NCBI GenBank assembly: GCA_964035545.1
Contig: OZ037768.1
Span: 434,001-498,000, forward strand
DNA from: Bugula neritina
Lineage: Eukaryota > Animalia > Bryozoa
Reading direction: 5' to 3'
Length of the DNA stretch: 64,000 bases
Both the position numbers and the translations under genes were made by a program. The notes under the pieces were generated by a model. That model was not told where the DNA came from. It searched no databases and saw only the letters and a program-made list of their open reading frames with translations. Within the stretch, counting starts at the first letter, position 1, and each line of letters starts with the position of its first letter. Shown one piece after another: positions 13,301 to 25,919 of this stretch.

Positions 13301-16300
13301 ATAGAGAGTATATAGTATAGTATAGAGAGTATATAGTATAGAGAGTATATAGTATAGTATAGAGAGTATATAGTATAGTATAGAGTATATAGTATAGTAT
13401 AGAGAGTATGTAGTATAGTATAGAGAGTATATAGTATAGTATAGAGAGTATATAGTATAGAGATAGAGAGTATATAGTATAGAGATAGAGAGTATATAGT
13501 ATAGTATAGAGAGTATATAGTATAGTATAGAGAGTATATAGTATAGTATAGAGAGTATATAGTATAGTATAGAGAGTATATAGTATAGAGATAGAGAGTA
13601 TATAGTATAGAGATAGAGAGTATATAGTATAGTATAGAGAGTATATAGTATAGTATAGTATAGAGAGTATATAGTATAGTATAGAGAGTATAGTATAGTA
13701 TAGAGAGTGTATAGTATAGTATAGAGAGTATATAGTATAGTACAGAGAGTATATAGTATAGTATATAGAGTATATAGTATAGTATAGAGAGTATATAGTA
13801 TAGTATAGAGAGTATATAGTATAGAGAGTATATAGTATAGTATAGAGAGTATATAGTATAGTATAGAGTATATAGTATAGTACAGAGAGTATATAGTATA
13901 GTATATAGAGTATATAGTATAGAGATAGAGAGTATATAGTATAGAGATAGAGAGTATATAGTATAGTATAGAGAGTATATAGTATAGTATAGAGAGTATA
14001 TAGTATAGTATAGAGAGTATATAGTATAGAGAGTATATAGTATAGTATAGAGAGTATATAGTATAGTATAGAGTATATAGTATAGTACAGAGAGTATATA
14101 GTATAGTATATAGAGTATATAGTATAGTATAGAGAGTATATAGTATAGTATAGAGAGTATATAGTATAGAGAGTATATAGTATAGTATAGAGAGTATATA
14201 GTATAGTATAGTATAGAGAGTATATAGTATAGTATAGAGAGTATATAGTATAGTATAGAGAGTATATAGTATAGTATAGAGAGTATATAGTATAGTATAG
14301 AGAGTATATAGTATAGTATAGAGAGTATATAGTATAGTACAGAGAGTATATAGTATAGTATAGAGAGTATATAGTATAGAGATAGAGAGTATATAGTATA
14401 GAGATAGAGAGTATATAGTATAGTATAGAGAGTATATAGTATAGTATAGAGAGTATATAGTATAGTATAGAGAGTATATAGTATAGTATAGAGAGTATAT
14501 AGTATAGTATAGAGAGTATATAGTATAGTACAGAGAGTATATAGTATAGTATAGAGAGTATATAGTATAGAGATAGAGAGTATATAGTATAGAGATAGAG
14601 AGTATATAGTATAGTATAGAGAGTATATAGTATAGTATAGAGTATATAGTATAGTATAGAGAGTATATAGTATAGTATAGAGAGTATATAGTATAGTATA
14701 GAGAGTATATAGTATAGAGATAGAGAGTATATAGTATAGAGATAGAGAGTATATAGTATAGTATAGAGAGTATATAGTATAGTATAGAGAGTATATAGTA
14801 TAGTATAGAGAGTATATAGTATAGTATAGAGAGTATATAGTATAGTATAGAGAGTATATAGTATAGTATAGAGAGTATATAGTATAGTATAGAGAGTATA
14901 GTATAGTATAGAGAGTGTATAGTATAGTATAGAGAGTATATAGTATAGTACAGAGAGTATATAGTATAGTATATAGAGTATATAGTATAGTATAGAGAGT
15001 ATATAGTATAGTATAGAGAGTATATAGTATAGTATAGAGAGTATATAGTATAGTATAGAGAGTATATAGTATAGTATAGAGAGTATATAGTATAGTATAG
15101 AGAGTATATAGTATAGTATAGAGAGTATATAGTATAGTATAGAGAGTATATAGTATAGTATAGAGAGTATATAGTATAGTATAGAGAGTATATAGTATAG
15201 TATAGAGAGTATAGTATAGTATAGAGAGTGTATAGTATAGTATAGAGAGTATATAGTATAGTACAGAGAGTATATAGTATAGTATATAGAGTATATAGTA
15301 TAGTATAGAGAGTATATAGTATAGTATAGAGAGTATATAGTATAGAGAGTATATAGTATAGTATAGAGAGTATATAGTACAGTATATATAGAGAGTATAT
15401 AGTATAGTATAGAGAGTATATAGTATAGTATATAGAGTATATAGTATAGTATAGAGAGTATATAGTATAGTATAGAGAGTATATAGTATAGAGAGTATAT
15501 AGTATAGAGAGTATATAGTATAGTATAGAGAGTATATATAGTATAGAGAGTATATAGTATAGTATAGAGAGTATATAGTATAGTATAGAGTATATAGTAT
15601 AGTATAGAGAGTATATAGTATAGTATAGAGAGTATATAGTATAGTATAGAGTATATAGTATAGTATAGAGAGTATATAGTATAGAGAGTATATAGTATAG
15701 AGAGTATATAGTATAGTATAGAGAGTATATAGTATAGTATAGAGTATATAGTATAGTATAGAGAGTATATAGTATAGAGAGTATATAGTATAGAGAGTAT
15801 ATAGTATAGTATAGAGGGTATAGTATAGTATAGAGAGTATATAGTATAGTATAGAGTATATAGTATAGTATAGAGAGTATATAGTATAGAGAGTATATAG
15901 TATAGTATAGAGAGTATATAGTATAGTATAGAGAGTATATAGTATAGTATAGAGAGTATATAGTATAGAGATAGAGAGTATATAGTATAGTATAGAGAGT
16001 ATATAGTATAGTATAGAGAGTATATAGTATAGTATAGAGAGTATATAGTATAGAGATAGAGAGTATATAGTATAGAGATAGAGAGTATATAGTATATATG
16101 TTGCTATGATACTAATTAGTAGAACAATGGAGTCCTGCACTACCTTATGAAACAGAGTGTGCACAACGTAGTAGTACGTGTCAAATATAGCAAAGCTGAG
16201 CACAATCTGCCATGTGTACTCAAACAGAGTGGGTGCCACCGGATCAAGAGGAAGTGGGGGTTGCCACACCCACTGAGCAACTGAAGCAGGAAGGATGTAC

Positions 16301-17010
16301 ATGACGTGATTCCAGAAGGTCACCCACAGCGTCTGTTTCACCATCGGCCATGTTACCTGCGTTGTAGTAGAGTATGACATATAGTAGTGTAAACTGACAT
16401 ATTGTATATAATACTGCATATAATACTGCATATAATACTGTATATAATACTGTATATAATACTGTATATAATACTGTATATAATACTGTATATAATATTG
16501 TATAGAATACTGTATATAATACTGCATATAATACTGTATAGAATACTGTATATGATACTGCATATAATACTGTATATAATACTGTATATAATATTTACCT
16601 CTTTGCTAGACTGTATCTTGTACCTCTGCACCCAGTGCCACTCCTTGCCGAAGAGATCTATGATCATGAAGGGCAGGACGGCCACAAAGTAGAACGTCAC
16701 CGACATGAAGACGGGGAAGAGAGGGGAGCCGAGGTAGTCTTCTCGGCCATCTTTGATGAACTCCCAGAGTGGTTGGAGGATGCGGTCGTTGGGAATAGAG
16801 TAATTGGCCTGTAGAGTAGGGAGAATCAGCCAATCACAAAGAGGTTTACAATACCAGTTCAATACCTCATACACTTGTATATGCCTGTATCAGCCTAATG
16901 TAACCCACTATCTAGTATGCTGAGCTGTTGTTATTCCTATAGCCTATTTACTCTCTCATCTCAGTCAAGTGTTTACAAGGAAGGGATAATAAAGAGCAAG
17001 CACTAACCAT
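10308..17010 (-). CDS. CH25H: Cholesterol 25-hydroxylase-like membrane di-iron enzyme (fatty acid hydroxylase/sterol desaturase superfamily), about 287 aa
   Basis: Exons (minus) 17010-17008 (ATG only), 16808-16599, 16356-16144, 12279-12075, 10540-10308, total 864 nt, phases consistent. His boxes HTLFH, HAIHH and HDMHH. LQPLW, SPLFPV, RYKIQ and [15 protein letters not shown] resemble CH25H. Family assignment is firm; orthology and substrate are not. Confidence 0.85.
10558..11350. repeat. 19-bp intronic minisatellite (about 41 copies)
   Basis: Unit GTGAGAGA(A/C)TGAGTCTAGA; ends about 16 nt from the acceptor of the last CH25H-like exon. Confidence 0.95.
11521..11800. repeat. Degenerate GTATACTGT(GT)n repeat
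   Basis: Short 11-14-bp units with a GTATAC core. Confidence 0.9.
11957..12066. repeat. 21-bp repeat (about 5 copies) next to a CH25H-like donor site
   Basis: Unit GAGGTGTCAGATAGATGACCT. Confidence 0.9.
12548..16095. repeat. About 3.55-kb intronic satellite, about 21-bp unit with 16-bp and other variants
   Basis: Unit GTATAGAGAGTATATAGTATA; fills about 92% of the intron 12280-16143. Confidence 0.97.
16402..16592. repeat. 12-bp intronic repeat (about 16 copies)
   Basis: Unit TATATAATACTG. Confidence 0.93.
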
Positions 17011-20000
17011 ACTGAGTAGTTATACAGATGTCATCAGAGCTGTGATTGGTCCACTTACTCTCAACTGAAAACATGAAATTGTACTGTTAACAGCTGCAAT
17101 TGTACTCTTAATATATTAAGCTGTACTATTATTAGTTCATATTATATCAGTCAGAACTGTTTTGTCTAGGTGTTCAAATAAATGGCATAAAAATCAATTA
17201 AATATATTGCAAAAAGGGAAAAAATGATGGAACCACGAAAATAAAACAGAGATGCATATTTGCTTCCAGAGCTCCCGCTATGTGATCCGGTGATTATCAC
17301 TTGAATGCCACCACATTCTAATATTTGCCTTTTATTATTTCAAAGTCAATAATGTTTCTATTCAGAAGCCGACTCTCTTTGTTGTATGCCAAACAATTTA
17401 GCTAATTGATTGTAGCACCTCTCAGTCCTAATGGAAGACAATCACACCAGCTGTTGACATGCTATTGGAGTGATGCAAGAATAGCAATTTAGTTAGAATA
17501 AAAGTGGCAATATTGTAATTGTGCAAATATCAGATTATTTTCTAAATAATGTATATTTCTAAATAATGCATCGATGTGTATCGAAATTTGTCAGTTATTC
17601 TGCAATATTTTTAACAACTTTTTCGCTGTGTTATACGCTCCACATCAAAAATCAAAACGCTTTAAAAAATTGCCATATATTTTTAGAGTAACATATGTGG
17701 AACATAATATAAATATTATACAATATTATTAATTGCATATTACTACTAGAAGTAGAGCAAGCTACTTACTTCTAGGTATATGTATGATGTGAATAGTAAT
17801 AACTTATATATACCGGTAAATCATTAACTCCATATGTATATAACTGAACAAAAGGTCACACTTCTGTTACCAGCACCTGCTTAATTTTACTTAATACCAA
17901 AATAAGAATTATCCTCATGAACCCTCAGCCAGAACAATGCTTCATACACAAAGGCACGTCACTTACAGGAGGTGAGCAAGTGAAGGCTACACTGCTAATG
18001 TTAATGTCAATCTGAATGTCAAGTGAAATGGCAATTAGCAAACTAAAAATTTAGTATGACCAACTCATGGTCACAGTGCTTATGGTAGTAGCGTAATCAT
18101 TAAATTAGGACAGTATTATGTTTGTCTTATAATTATCATTATTGTGGCTATAAATCAAACATTAAAACTAATTCTAAATGCACTAAATCTGACAGTAAAT
18201 GTAATACTAATAGTAATAGCAATGGAAATAGCAATACTAACAAACACAGGAACTGTAACACTAACTCAGTAACTGTAAGTGTTGCACTAACCCCAAGTAA
18301 AAATCTAACCCTTACCACAGGCCTTGCCTTTAGCCTTAGGCTAAGTCTAATCACCCATAATAAATAAATAATAAGGGAAATCATTTCAAATTTATAACTA
18401 AGATCAGACATAACACTAACAGTAACACTTACTAAGAGTAAGTCTAACACTAACAGTGTAAAACTAGATGTAATCATGTAAGTCTAACATTAGTAAATTA
18501 ATAAGAGAAAGAATAGAACTAGAAGTAAGTTAATCCCAGACTGAAACCCATAGACTTTAGCTTTACTGCTTTTTTTTTAACTTTACGACTGCAAACTTCA
18601 AGTTCAAATTGTACAACTACTACTTATAGTTATAGTTATACTAGTACTACAAGTTGACGGTTAAATTACGATTGATATCACAATAAATGAATTATTATTA
18701 ACACAATAAATGTTAGGCATCATTGCAATTACAAATATATTAATATTAATTGCAATATCAAAATAAATATCAATATGGATATTCATGTTCAATTTTATCC
18801 ATAAATTGCAATTGATATACTCAAGCTCTTCCTTTGGTAATGAATGACTAAATTAATAGTAAATGAGTATGACCCCGATCTTTTGCAGGAATAATAGCTG
18901 ATAATTATGTCTTACTTTTACTGTAGGAACGAAGTGGCTTTCAAGACACACGTTAAGTTTGACATGTATTGTTGAGATCAATGCTTATACAACAAAAAAG
19001 TTGCCCTATCGAACTTTTAAAGGCAAAAGGTTAAGATAACAAGACAAGTTCGAGTTTAGAGAAGACGACTCTATAATTACAATACCTTCCTTTGATCGCG
19101 GCATTTACAAATAATATTATTATTGTTTGTTTCAGTAATGGTATTACCGCAGCACACAAAGGTCAAGGAAACTCATGGACATCATAAATTATTTTACTTT
19201 ACTAACTTGTGATTTCTAGATTATTTAAATTAATATATTAATATTCTAATATACTTATATATAATATACTATAATATGCTCCCATATATTATAGTGCAAT
19301 ATAATTAATGATAATCATATAAGTTATCATAATATTAATAATCATAATGGCAATACATTTATACTGATTTTTAACTTGAAGTTTTAGTTTAAGTTACTAT
19401 GACTATGAGTATGACTATCACTATCAGTATCACTATCAGTATCACTATGACTATGAGTATGATGAGTATGATACTTTAATAGTGACTATCACTGTGTGAA
19501 TGTCTGTTGAACTTCAACTAAAACTTGAAGTCCAATTGAGGTTGAATTGGTAATGATGCCCATACTGATACTCTTGATGAGTCACTCAGACTGTGATGAG
19601 TGATTACTGATAGTGATACTGATAGAGTGATACTGATAGTGAATCAGTTACTGTTAGTGTTAGACGAACTAACGATCACCGGTTTTGTTCTTTATCTTAT
19701 CAAATAACTATTCAAGTTATAATTAAATTCAATACCATCTGCCTGCCAGCTGACTTAAACTTAGAGTTGGTAATTATTATTATTGGTGTTACATTTTTTT
19801 ATCTTTGAAAATTATATTTTATATTTATTTTTTCTGGATGATAGTTGTTATTATATGTTGCCCAACAAATCACTCACATGGTTGAATTAATATCCATTTA
19901 AATTTTGATGTTGTCTTAGACTTAGTCTTAGACTTATGTGCATCATTTAAATATGGTGAGTTTCAGTTTAGAATTAAATTTTCTGTAAACCTGTTTGAGC

Positions 20001-20046
20001 TTTCAAGTTTTAGCTGTTTTAGACGCAGCAGTTAGTAGTGCAACTT

Positions 20047-23000
20047 ATGTCTTCCAACAACAACAATTCATCCCTGAATGCGAGAGATGCCCCTCCTAAT
20101 GGTTCCGGAGAAAGTCTCCCAAGGGGGTTACTCGGTAAAGATGGTGTTCCGATGTCAAAGTCCACTCGCTTGAAGTCTTGTAAACAGGCTAGAGACCTGA
20201 CTTTAGGAGGTCCGCAGAGAAAAACATTCAAACCTAACATTCCTGTCCGACCACGAGATCGGCCCGGCACTAGCGGGTAACCGGGTGTTGAAATGCAAAT
20301 AATTTGATTTTTGTTGAATACTGATAAAATTTGTTAGTTATTATAAATTATTTCAAGCTATTAAATTTAGAAAACAAAATCATAAATTAATTTTTTTATC
20401 ATTTTAAGCCCGGTAGAGGATAAACTGCAGTTTAAAGAGAAAAAAGTAAAAAAGGAAAAGACAGACAGGCCTGGAGCGGGCGGCAAAGGAGGCCGCCCTA
20501 AAGGGCAGCGCAACTTCATTCAATCTCAGTCTATATTTGAAGCTGGGCCATCAGAAAAAAGCATTAAACGAGGTTTGATTGTAAAATTCTTTACTATTTT
20601 CACTATAACAATTATCATACACGGTATGCCTTTGACAAAACTATTTTGAAAAGAATTTAGATCCGCTGGAGATACAAATCTGGTGGAAAAGTTTTAATAG
20701 AAAGTCATAGCAGAAGTTCATATAGAGCTGGTTTCACATCTGTAGGACAAACTAACTAATATAAATACTTGTTCACTTTTTGGTATAATAACCGAACATC
20801 TAGGTGGTGGTGTGTATTAGTAAAGAGTTTCAAATACACTCAGCGTTTTAGCTCAGCTTATGTCTTGCCATATACTGTAGAGAGTATCTACAGCGGTGGT
20901 GGGGGTGGAGGGGGTGGCCGCAGTGGCGACTCTTACAGAGTATCCACTTCTGTGAAGGATCACAGGCCAACTAAAGCAGAGACTCAGGAAATTCTGGACC
21001 AACTTCTGCGTGACGATGTGAGTTATTACTAAGTAGTATATATAACTAGTATATATAACTAGTATATATAACTAGTATGTATAACTAGTATATATAACTA
21101 GTATATATAACTAGTACGTATAACTAGTACGTATAACTAGTATATATAACTAGTACGTATAACTAGTATATATAACTAGTACGTATAACTAGTACGTATA
21201 ACTAGTATATATAACTAGTACGTATAACTAGTATATATAACTAGTATGTATAACTATTATGTATAACTAGTATATATAACTAGTATATATAACTAGTATA
21301 TATAACTAGTACGTATAACTAGTATGTACAACTAGTATATATAACTAGTACGTATAACTAGTATATATAACTAGTATGTATAACTAGTACGTATAATTAG
21401 TACAACTGTGTCTTGCAGTTCATAGATGACGGAGAAGTAGTGGATATGACAGACCAGCCCGTTACATTACCTCTTCTGAATACGGTGAAGTATGAAGAGA
21501 GTGAGTGTTATATGGTGTCCTGTAATATATCCTCGTATTATGTAATATATGTGACAATGTAATGCAATATACAATCTAATACAACGTAATATATTATTAT
21601 ATGTAAGATAATACACCTAAACGTTGTATTCTAGTATCTAGTTAGTAACCACAACACAATATTGTACTCTGTAGTGATCAAGTCGGAGTTGAATATCGGG
21701 GAAGAGTCCAAGTTGGATCCTACAGACCCCTCCCTCTCGGCTCATGTGGTCAACCATACTGAAGGTAAGTACTGTATACTGAAGGTAAGTACTCTATACT
21801 GAAGGTAAGTACTGTATACTGAAGGTAAGTACTGTATACTGAAGGTAAGTACTGTATACTGAAGGTAAGTACTGTATACTGAAGGTAAGTACTGTATACT
21901 GAAGGTAAGTACTGTATACTGAAGGTAAGTACTGTATACTGAAGGTAAGTACTGTATACTGAAGGTAAGTACTCTATACTGAAGGTAAGTACTCTATACT
22001 GAAGGTAAGTACTGTATACTGAAGGTAAGTACTGTATACTGAAGGTAAGTACTGTATACTGAAGGTAAGTACTGTATACTGAAGGTAAGTACTGTATACT
22101 GAAGGTAAGTACTGTATACTGAAGGTAAGTACTGTATACTGAAGGTAAGTACTGTATACTGAAGGTAAGTACTCTATACTGAAGGTAAGTACTCTATACT
22201 GAAGGTAAGTACTGTATACTGAAGGTAAGTACTCTATACTGTGGGTAAGTACTGTATACTGAAGGTAAGTACTCTATACTGAAGGTAAGTACTGTATACT
22301 GAAGGTAAGTACTGTATACTGAAGGTAAGTACTCTATACTGAGGGTAAGTACTGTATACTGAAGGTAAGTACTCTATACTGAAGGTAAGTACTGTCTACA
22401 GGGGGTAAGTACTGTGTACTGAAGGTAAGTACTGTATACTGAGGGTAAGTACTCTATACTGAAGGTAAGTACTCTGTACTGAAGGTAAGTACTGTATACT
22501 GAGGGTAAGTACTGTATACTGAAGGTAAGTACTCTGTACTGAAGGTAAGTACTGTATACTGAGGGTAAGTACTGTATACTGAAGGTAAGTACTCTGTACT
22601 GAAGGTAAGTACTCTGTACTGAAGGTAAGTACTCTGTACTGAAGGTAAGTACTGTATACTGAAGGTAAGTACTGTATACTGAAGGTAAGTACTGTATACT
22701 GAAGGTAAGTACTGTATACTGAAGGTAAGTACTGTATACTGAAGGTAAGTACTGTATACTGAAGGTAAGTACTCTATACTGAAGGTAAGTACTCTATACT
22801 GAAGGTAAGTACTGTATACTGAAGGTAAGTACTCTATACTGAGGGTAAGTACTCTATACTGAAGGTAAGTACTGTATACTGAAGGTAAGTACTGTATACT
22901 GAAGGTAAGTACTCTATACTGAAGGTAAGTACTGTATACTGAAGGTAAGTACTCTATACTGAAGGTAAGTACTCTATACTGAAGGTAAGTACTCTATACT

Positions 23001-24861
23001 GAAGGTAAGTACTGTATACTGAGGGTAAGTACTCTATACTGAAGGTAAGTACTCTATACTGAAGGTAAGTACTCTATACTGAAGGTAAGTACTGTATACT
23101 GAAGGTAAGTATTGTATACTGAAGGTAAGTACTGTCTACTGTTGCAGAATCTCTGAAGATGATGTTAGTCCAGTTACCTGACTCCATGCCCGGGCTGATG
23201 GCAACGGAGGGTGACCGAGCTCCCCGCACCAGAGTGAAAGCTGAGCCTAAAGTTCCCCAGACTATGTCCACAGAAGCCGACCTGTCTGAGAAGTTGTCCT
23301 CCAAGTGCAGACTATCAGACCTGTCGGAGGGGAAGATTGGCAAACTGCAGGTCTTGTCTTCCGGAAAGATGAGACTTGTTCTTGGAGACATCATGTTTGA
23401 CGTGTCCCGCGGTGCTCCGTGCGGCTTCCTTCAGGTCAGGGGTCATGCAGTTACTATCACCGGCTTTCCATGTATCGATCTCAGCGAGATCGTTCCATGG
23501 ATCGATCTCCAAAGATCGATCTCAGTCGATCTGAGCTGGTCGGTCTGTGGAGCTCGAACTCAGATCGATCTCATGTCAATAAGACCATGGAAAGACGCCA
23601 GATCGATCTGAAAAGTAGAAAAATCTCTGCTCGCTAAAATGTTGTCTGCTAATGAAAATGATGACTTATTGTTAATTACTAAGCAAAGTACTTAATAATT
23701 AAGATAGCCACCTTTTCAGGTGGCAAAACTTTGACTTTCAGTACAATGATTAAGAAAACTCAATTATATGCAGTAAAAGGTAAAAAAAATGGGAGAATTT
23801 AAATTGAATTTAAATGACTATTAAAACTTAGTTTCATTAGCTATTTTCTTTGTAATTTTAAGCTTAACAGTGCTGTGAGTTTATTAATAATCTGCAAGAC
23901 AGCCACTAATTTTATATAAGCTGTCAAGCTAAAAAAATAAAATTAATTATTTTAAATTGGCCAAATTACCATACACTGAAAGCTTTGCTGCGTATAGTTT
24001 ATAGCTGGGATTAAATTTTAGACTACGACCATCTTGTTTACAACAGTAGTAGCTTTAATCACTCAAATAGGTGAACAAATTAGACTTTCAAAGTATCCTT
24101 CACTTAAGAGGAGGCAACTTCGCCGAGATCAATCTGACACTCTCATGGAAAAACGATCGATCTGAGCACATTTCTCAGATCGATCTTAGCGAGATCGATC
24201 TGAGATTGGTACATGGAAAGCCCGTGTATACTACTGTAGTCAAACGTTCAGTTAGATTGACTCCAATGCCATTTGAGGCGCTTCACATTTAAGCACCATT
24301 TATTATTATTTATATGGGATGATAGCTTCTTATGCAATAGACGTCTGCTAGTTAAATACAGCACTCCATCTTCACGTGCAGCTGGTGTCACTGTAGTTGG
24401 AGCATTCGGAGCTCCTGCAAATGTGACACCCTCAGTAAACGTCAAGCGTTTTATGGAGATGAATGAAACATTTTCAGTCATATATTAGCTGTGCAGTGAA
24501 TACTAGTTACGCAGTGAATACTGGACTCGGAAAAATGGATGCCCAGAGCGGTGTTGCTGATATATTTTAGTTTCCAATACGTGTTCTTTGTTTGACCTTG
24601 TTGTCTATGTCAGTTAAACATGTACTACAACAGAGTATCTCCGTATTTCAATGTATTCACTTTAACCACTGTTCTATGCCACTGTTGCTATATTCTTGGA
24701 GGGAATGCATTACCCGTCCCTTATTACAACTATTTCATCACTTGTAGGAATTAGTGTGTGTGGATACTGATGTTCCTGGAGACGGACAGATTGTATGTCT
24801 TGGACCAGTTACAGAGAAACTAGTTGTAGTGCCAAATATTGACAATCTGCTAAATACATGA
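20047..24861 (+). CDS. POLR3D: DNA-directed RNA polymerase III subunit RPC4, about 367 aa, 7 coding exons
   Basis: Exons 20047-20276, 20409-20572, 20881-21017, 21419-21500, 21675-21764, 23148-23434, 24748-24861, total 1104 nt, phase-consistent. Motifs RDLTLGG..RKTFKPNI, IQSQSIFEAGP, LVQLPD and EGKIGKLQVLSSGKMRLVLGDIMFDVSRGAPCGFLQELV (RPC4 C-terminal domain). Confidence 0.92.
21034..21401. repeat. 13-bp intronic minisatellite (about 28 copies)
   Basis: Unit TAGTATATATAAC with TACGTA variants; fills most of POLR3D intron 3. Confidence 0.95.
21756..23140 (+). repeat. 20-bp minisatellite made of the exon/donor junction (69 copies of G|GTAAGT)
   Basis: Unit ATACTGAAG|GTAAGTACTGT in exact 20-nt register from 21761 to 23121. 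Confidence 0.97.
23458..24226. mobile_element. Non-autonomous DNA transposon (MITE-like) with CAC...GTG termini, possibly CMC superfamily
   Basis: 27-bp TIRs, CACCGGCTTTCCATGTATCGATCTCAG versus CACGGGCTTTCCATGTACCAATCTCAG (reverse complement of the right end), 3 mismatches. 3-bp flanking duplication TAT (23455-23457 and 24227-24229). Many subterminal GATCGATCT motifs. No transposase ORF. Confidence 0.8.
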
Positions 24862-25055
24862 GCTCACTGGTACACCTCTACTAAATACATGAGCTCACTG
24901 GTACACCTCTACTAAATACATGAGCTCACTGGTACAGCCCTACTAAATACATGAGCTCACTGGTACACCTCTACTAAATACATGAGCTCACTGGTACACC
25001 TCTACTAAATACATGAGCTCACTGGTACACCTCTACTAAATACATGAGCTCACTG
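24850..25055 (+). repeat. 31-bp repeat (about 6.5 copies) spanning the POLR3D stop codon
   Basis: Unit CTAAATACATGAGCTCACTGGTACACCTCTA; the first copy supplies codons L-N-T-stop. Confidence 0.93.
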
Positions 25056-25909
25056 GTGTTTGTTTTACTTTAATGTGAAAGTAGATACAAATACTACGTC
25101 TGTATGTAGTTGAGATGATAACTCCTAACTCACTATATTAGACTAAATTTTGTGGAAATAATAACTCTTACTATTCCCTTTACTGTAAGATAAAATGAAA
25201 AGAACTACTAACTCTCTTTGTAGTCAAGATATTACTTTCATGGTCATTTATTTTTCAAGAAGACAGGTTTACTTGCAACATGAGCTGTAATATGTTACAT
25301 TGTCTCCACGTAATAAGCTGTATTCTTATAATGTAATGATGACTTGACAGTGTACTGGTTACATCATGCCAGTCTAATTTGTGCTGAGGTCATAAATAAT
25401 TATTATACTTTTGTATTTTTTGTATATATTTTTGTATATTTTCAATAAATAGTTTATTGGCAATAATATTCTGCATTCTCACTTTTTTTTTAAAAAATCC
25501 ACAGTTGAAGTTGAACATGTTATACTAATAACTAAATTTTACAGTGGCCAAAGCCTTTTTTGGCTGTGAAAGCTAGAAATGGTATTATGTATGTTTAAAG
25601 TTATTGAAACCAGATATTATCTAGCTGCAACAAATACAGCAAGTTAGTATTTGTAGTTGTGCAGTTCAATTTTCTTTTCAGTTTTGCAATCTGTCTACTA
25701 CGAAAAGCAATGTATTATTAGAGAAAATATTATTCTTTTAGAGTTATCTTTCATATAATGTGAGTAGTAGCTCGACTTGTGAAAGGACAACTCTTTGGCA
25801 AGCTCAGCTCTTTACAAACGTTAAAAGAACCTTTTTCACTAACGTTACTGATGTCTCGAATATAAATAAGGATAATCAACTGATGTGATGCTCTGAAGAG
25901 ATACTGGAC

Positions 25910-25919
25910 ATGACGTCAT
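25910..25919. promoter_or_regulatory. Palindromic CRE/ATF site in the probable CUL1 promoter region
   Basis: ATGACGTCAT lies about 1.25 kb upstream of the CUL1 ATG and downstream of the POLR3D AATAAA (25444). Function is inferred only. Confidence 0.35.

Noticed and set aside
12526-16563. 1345-aa ORF
   Set aside because: Only 16356-16144 is a real CH25H-like exon; the rest is satellite that cannot form stop codons on this strand.
23074-23637. Antisense and extended ORFs around POLR3D exon 6
   Set aside because: Shadow frames of the real exon plus read-through into the MITE.
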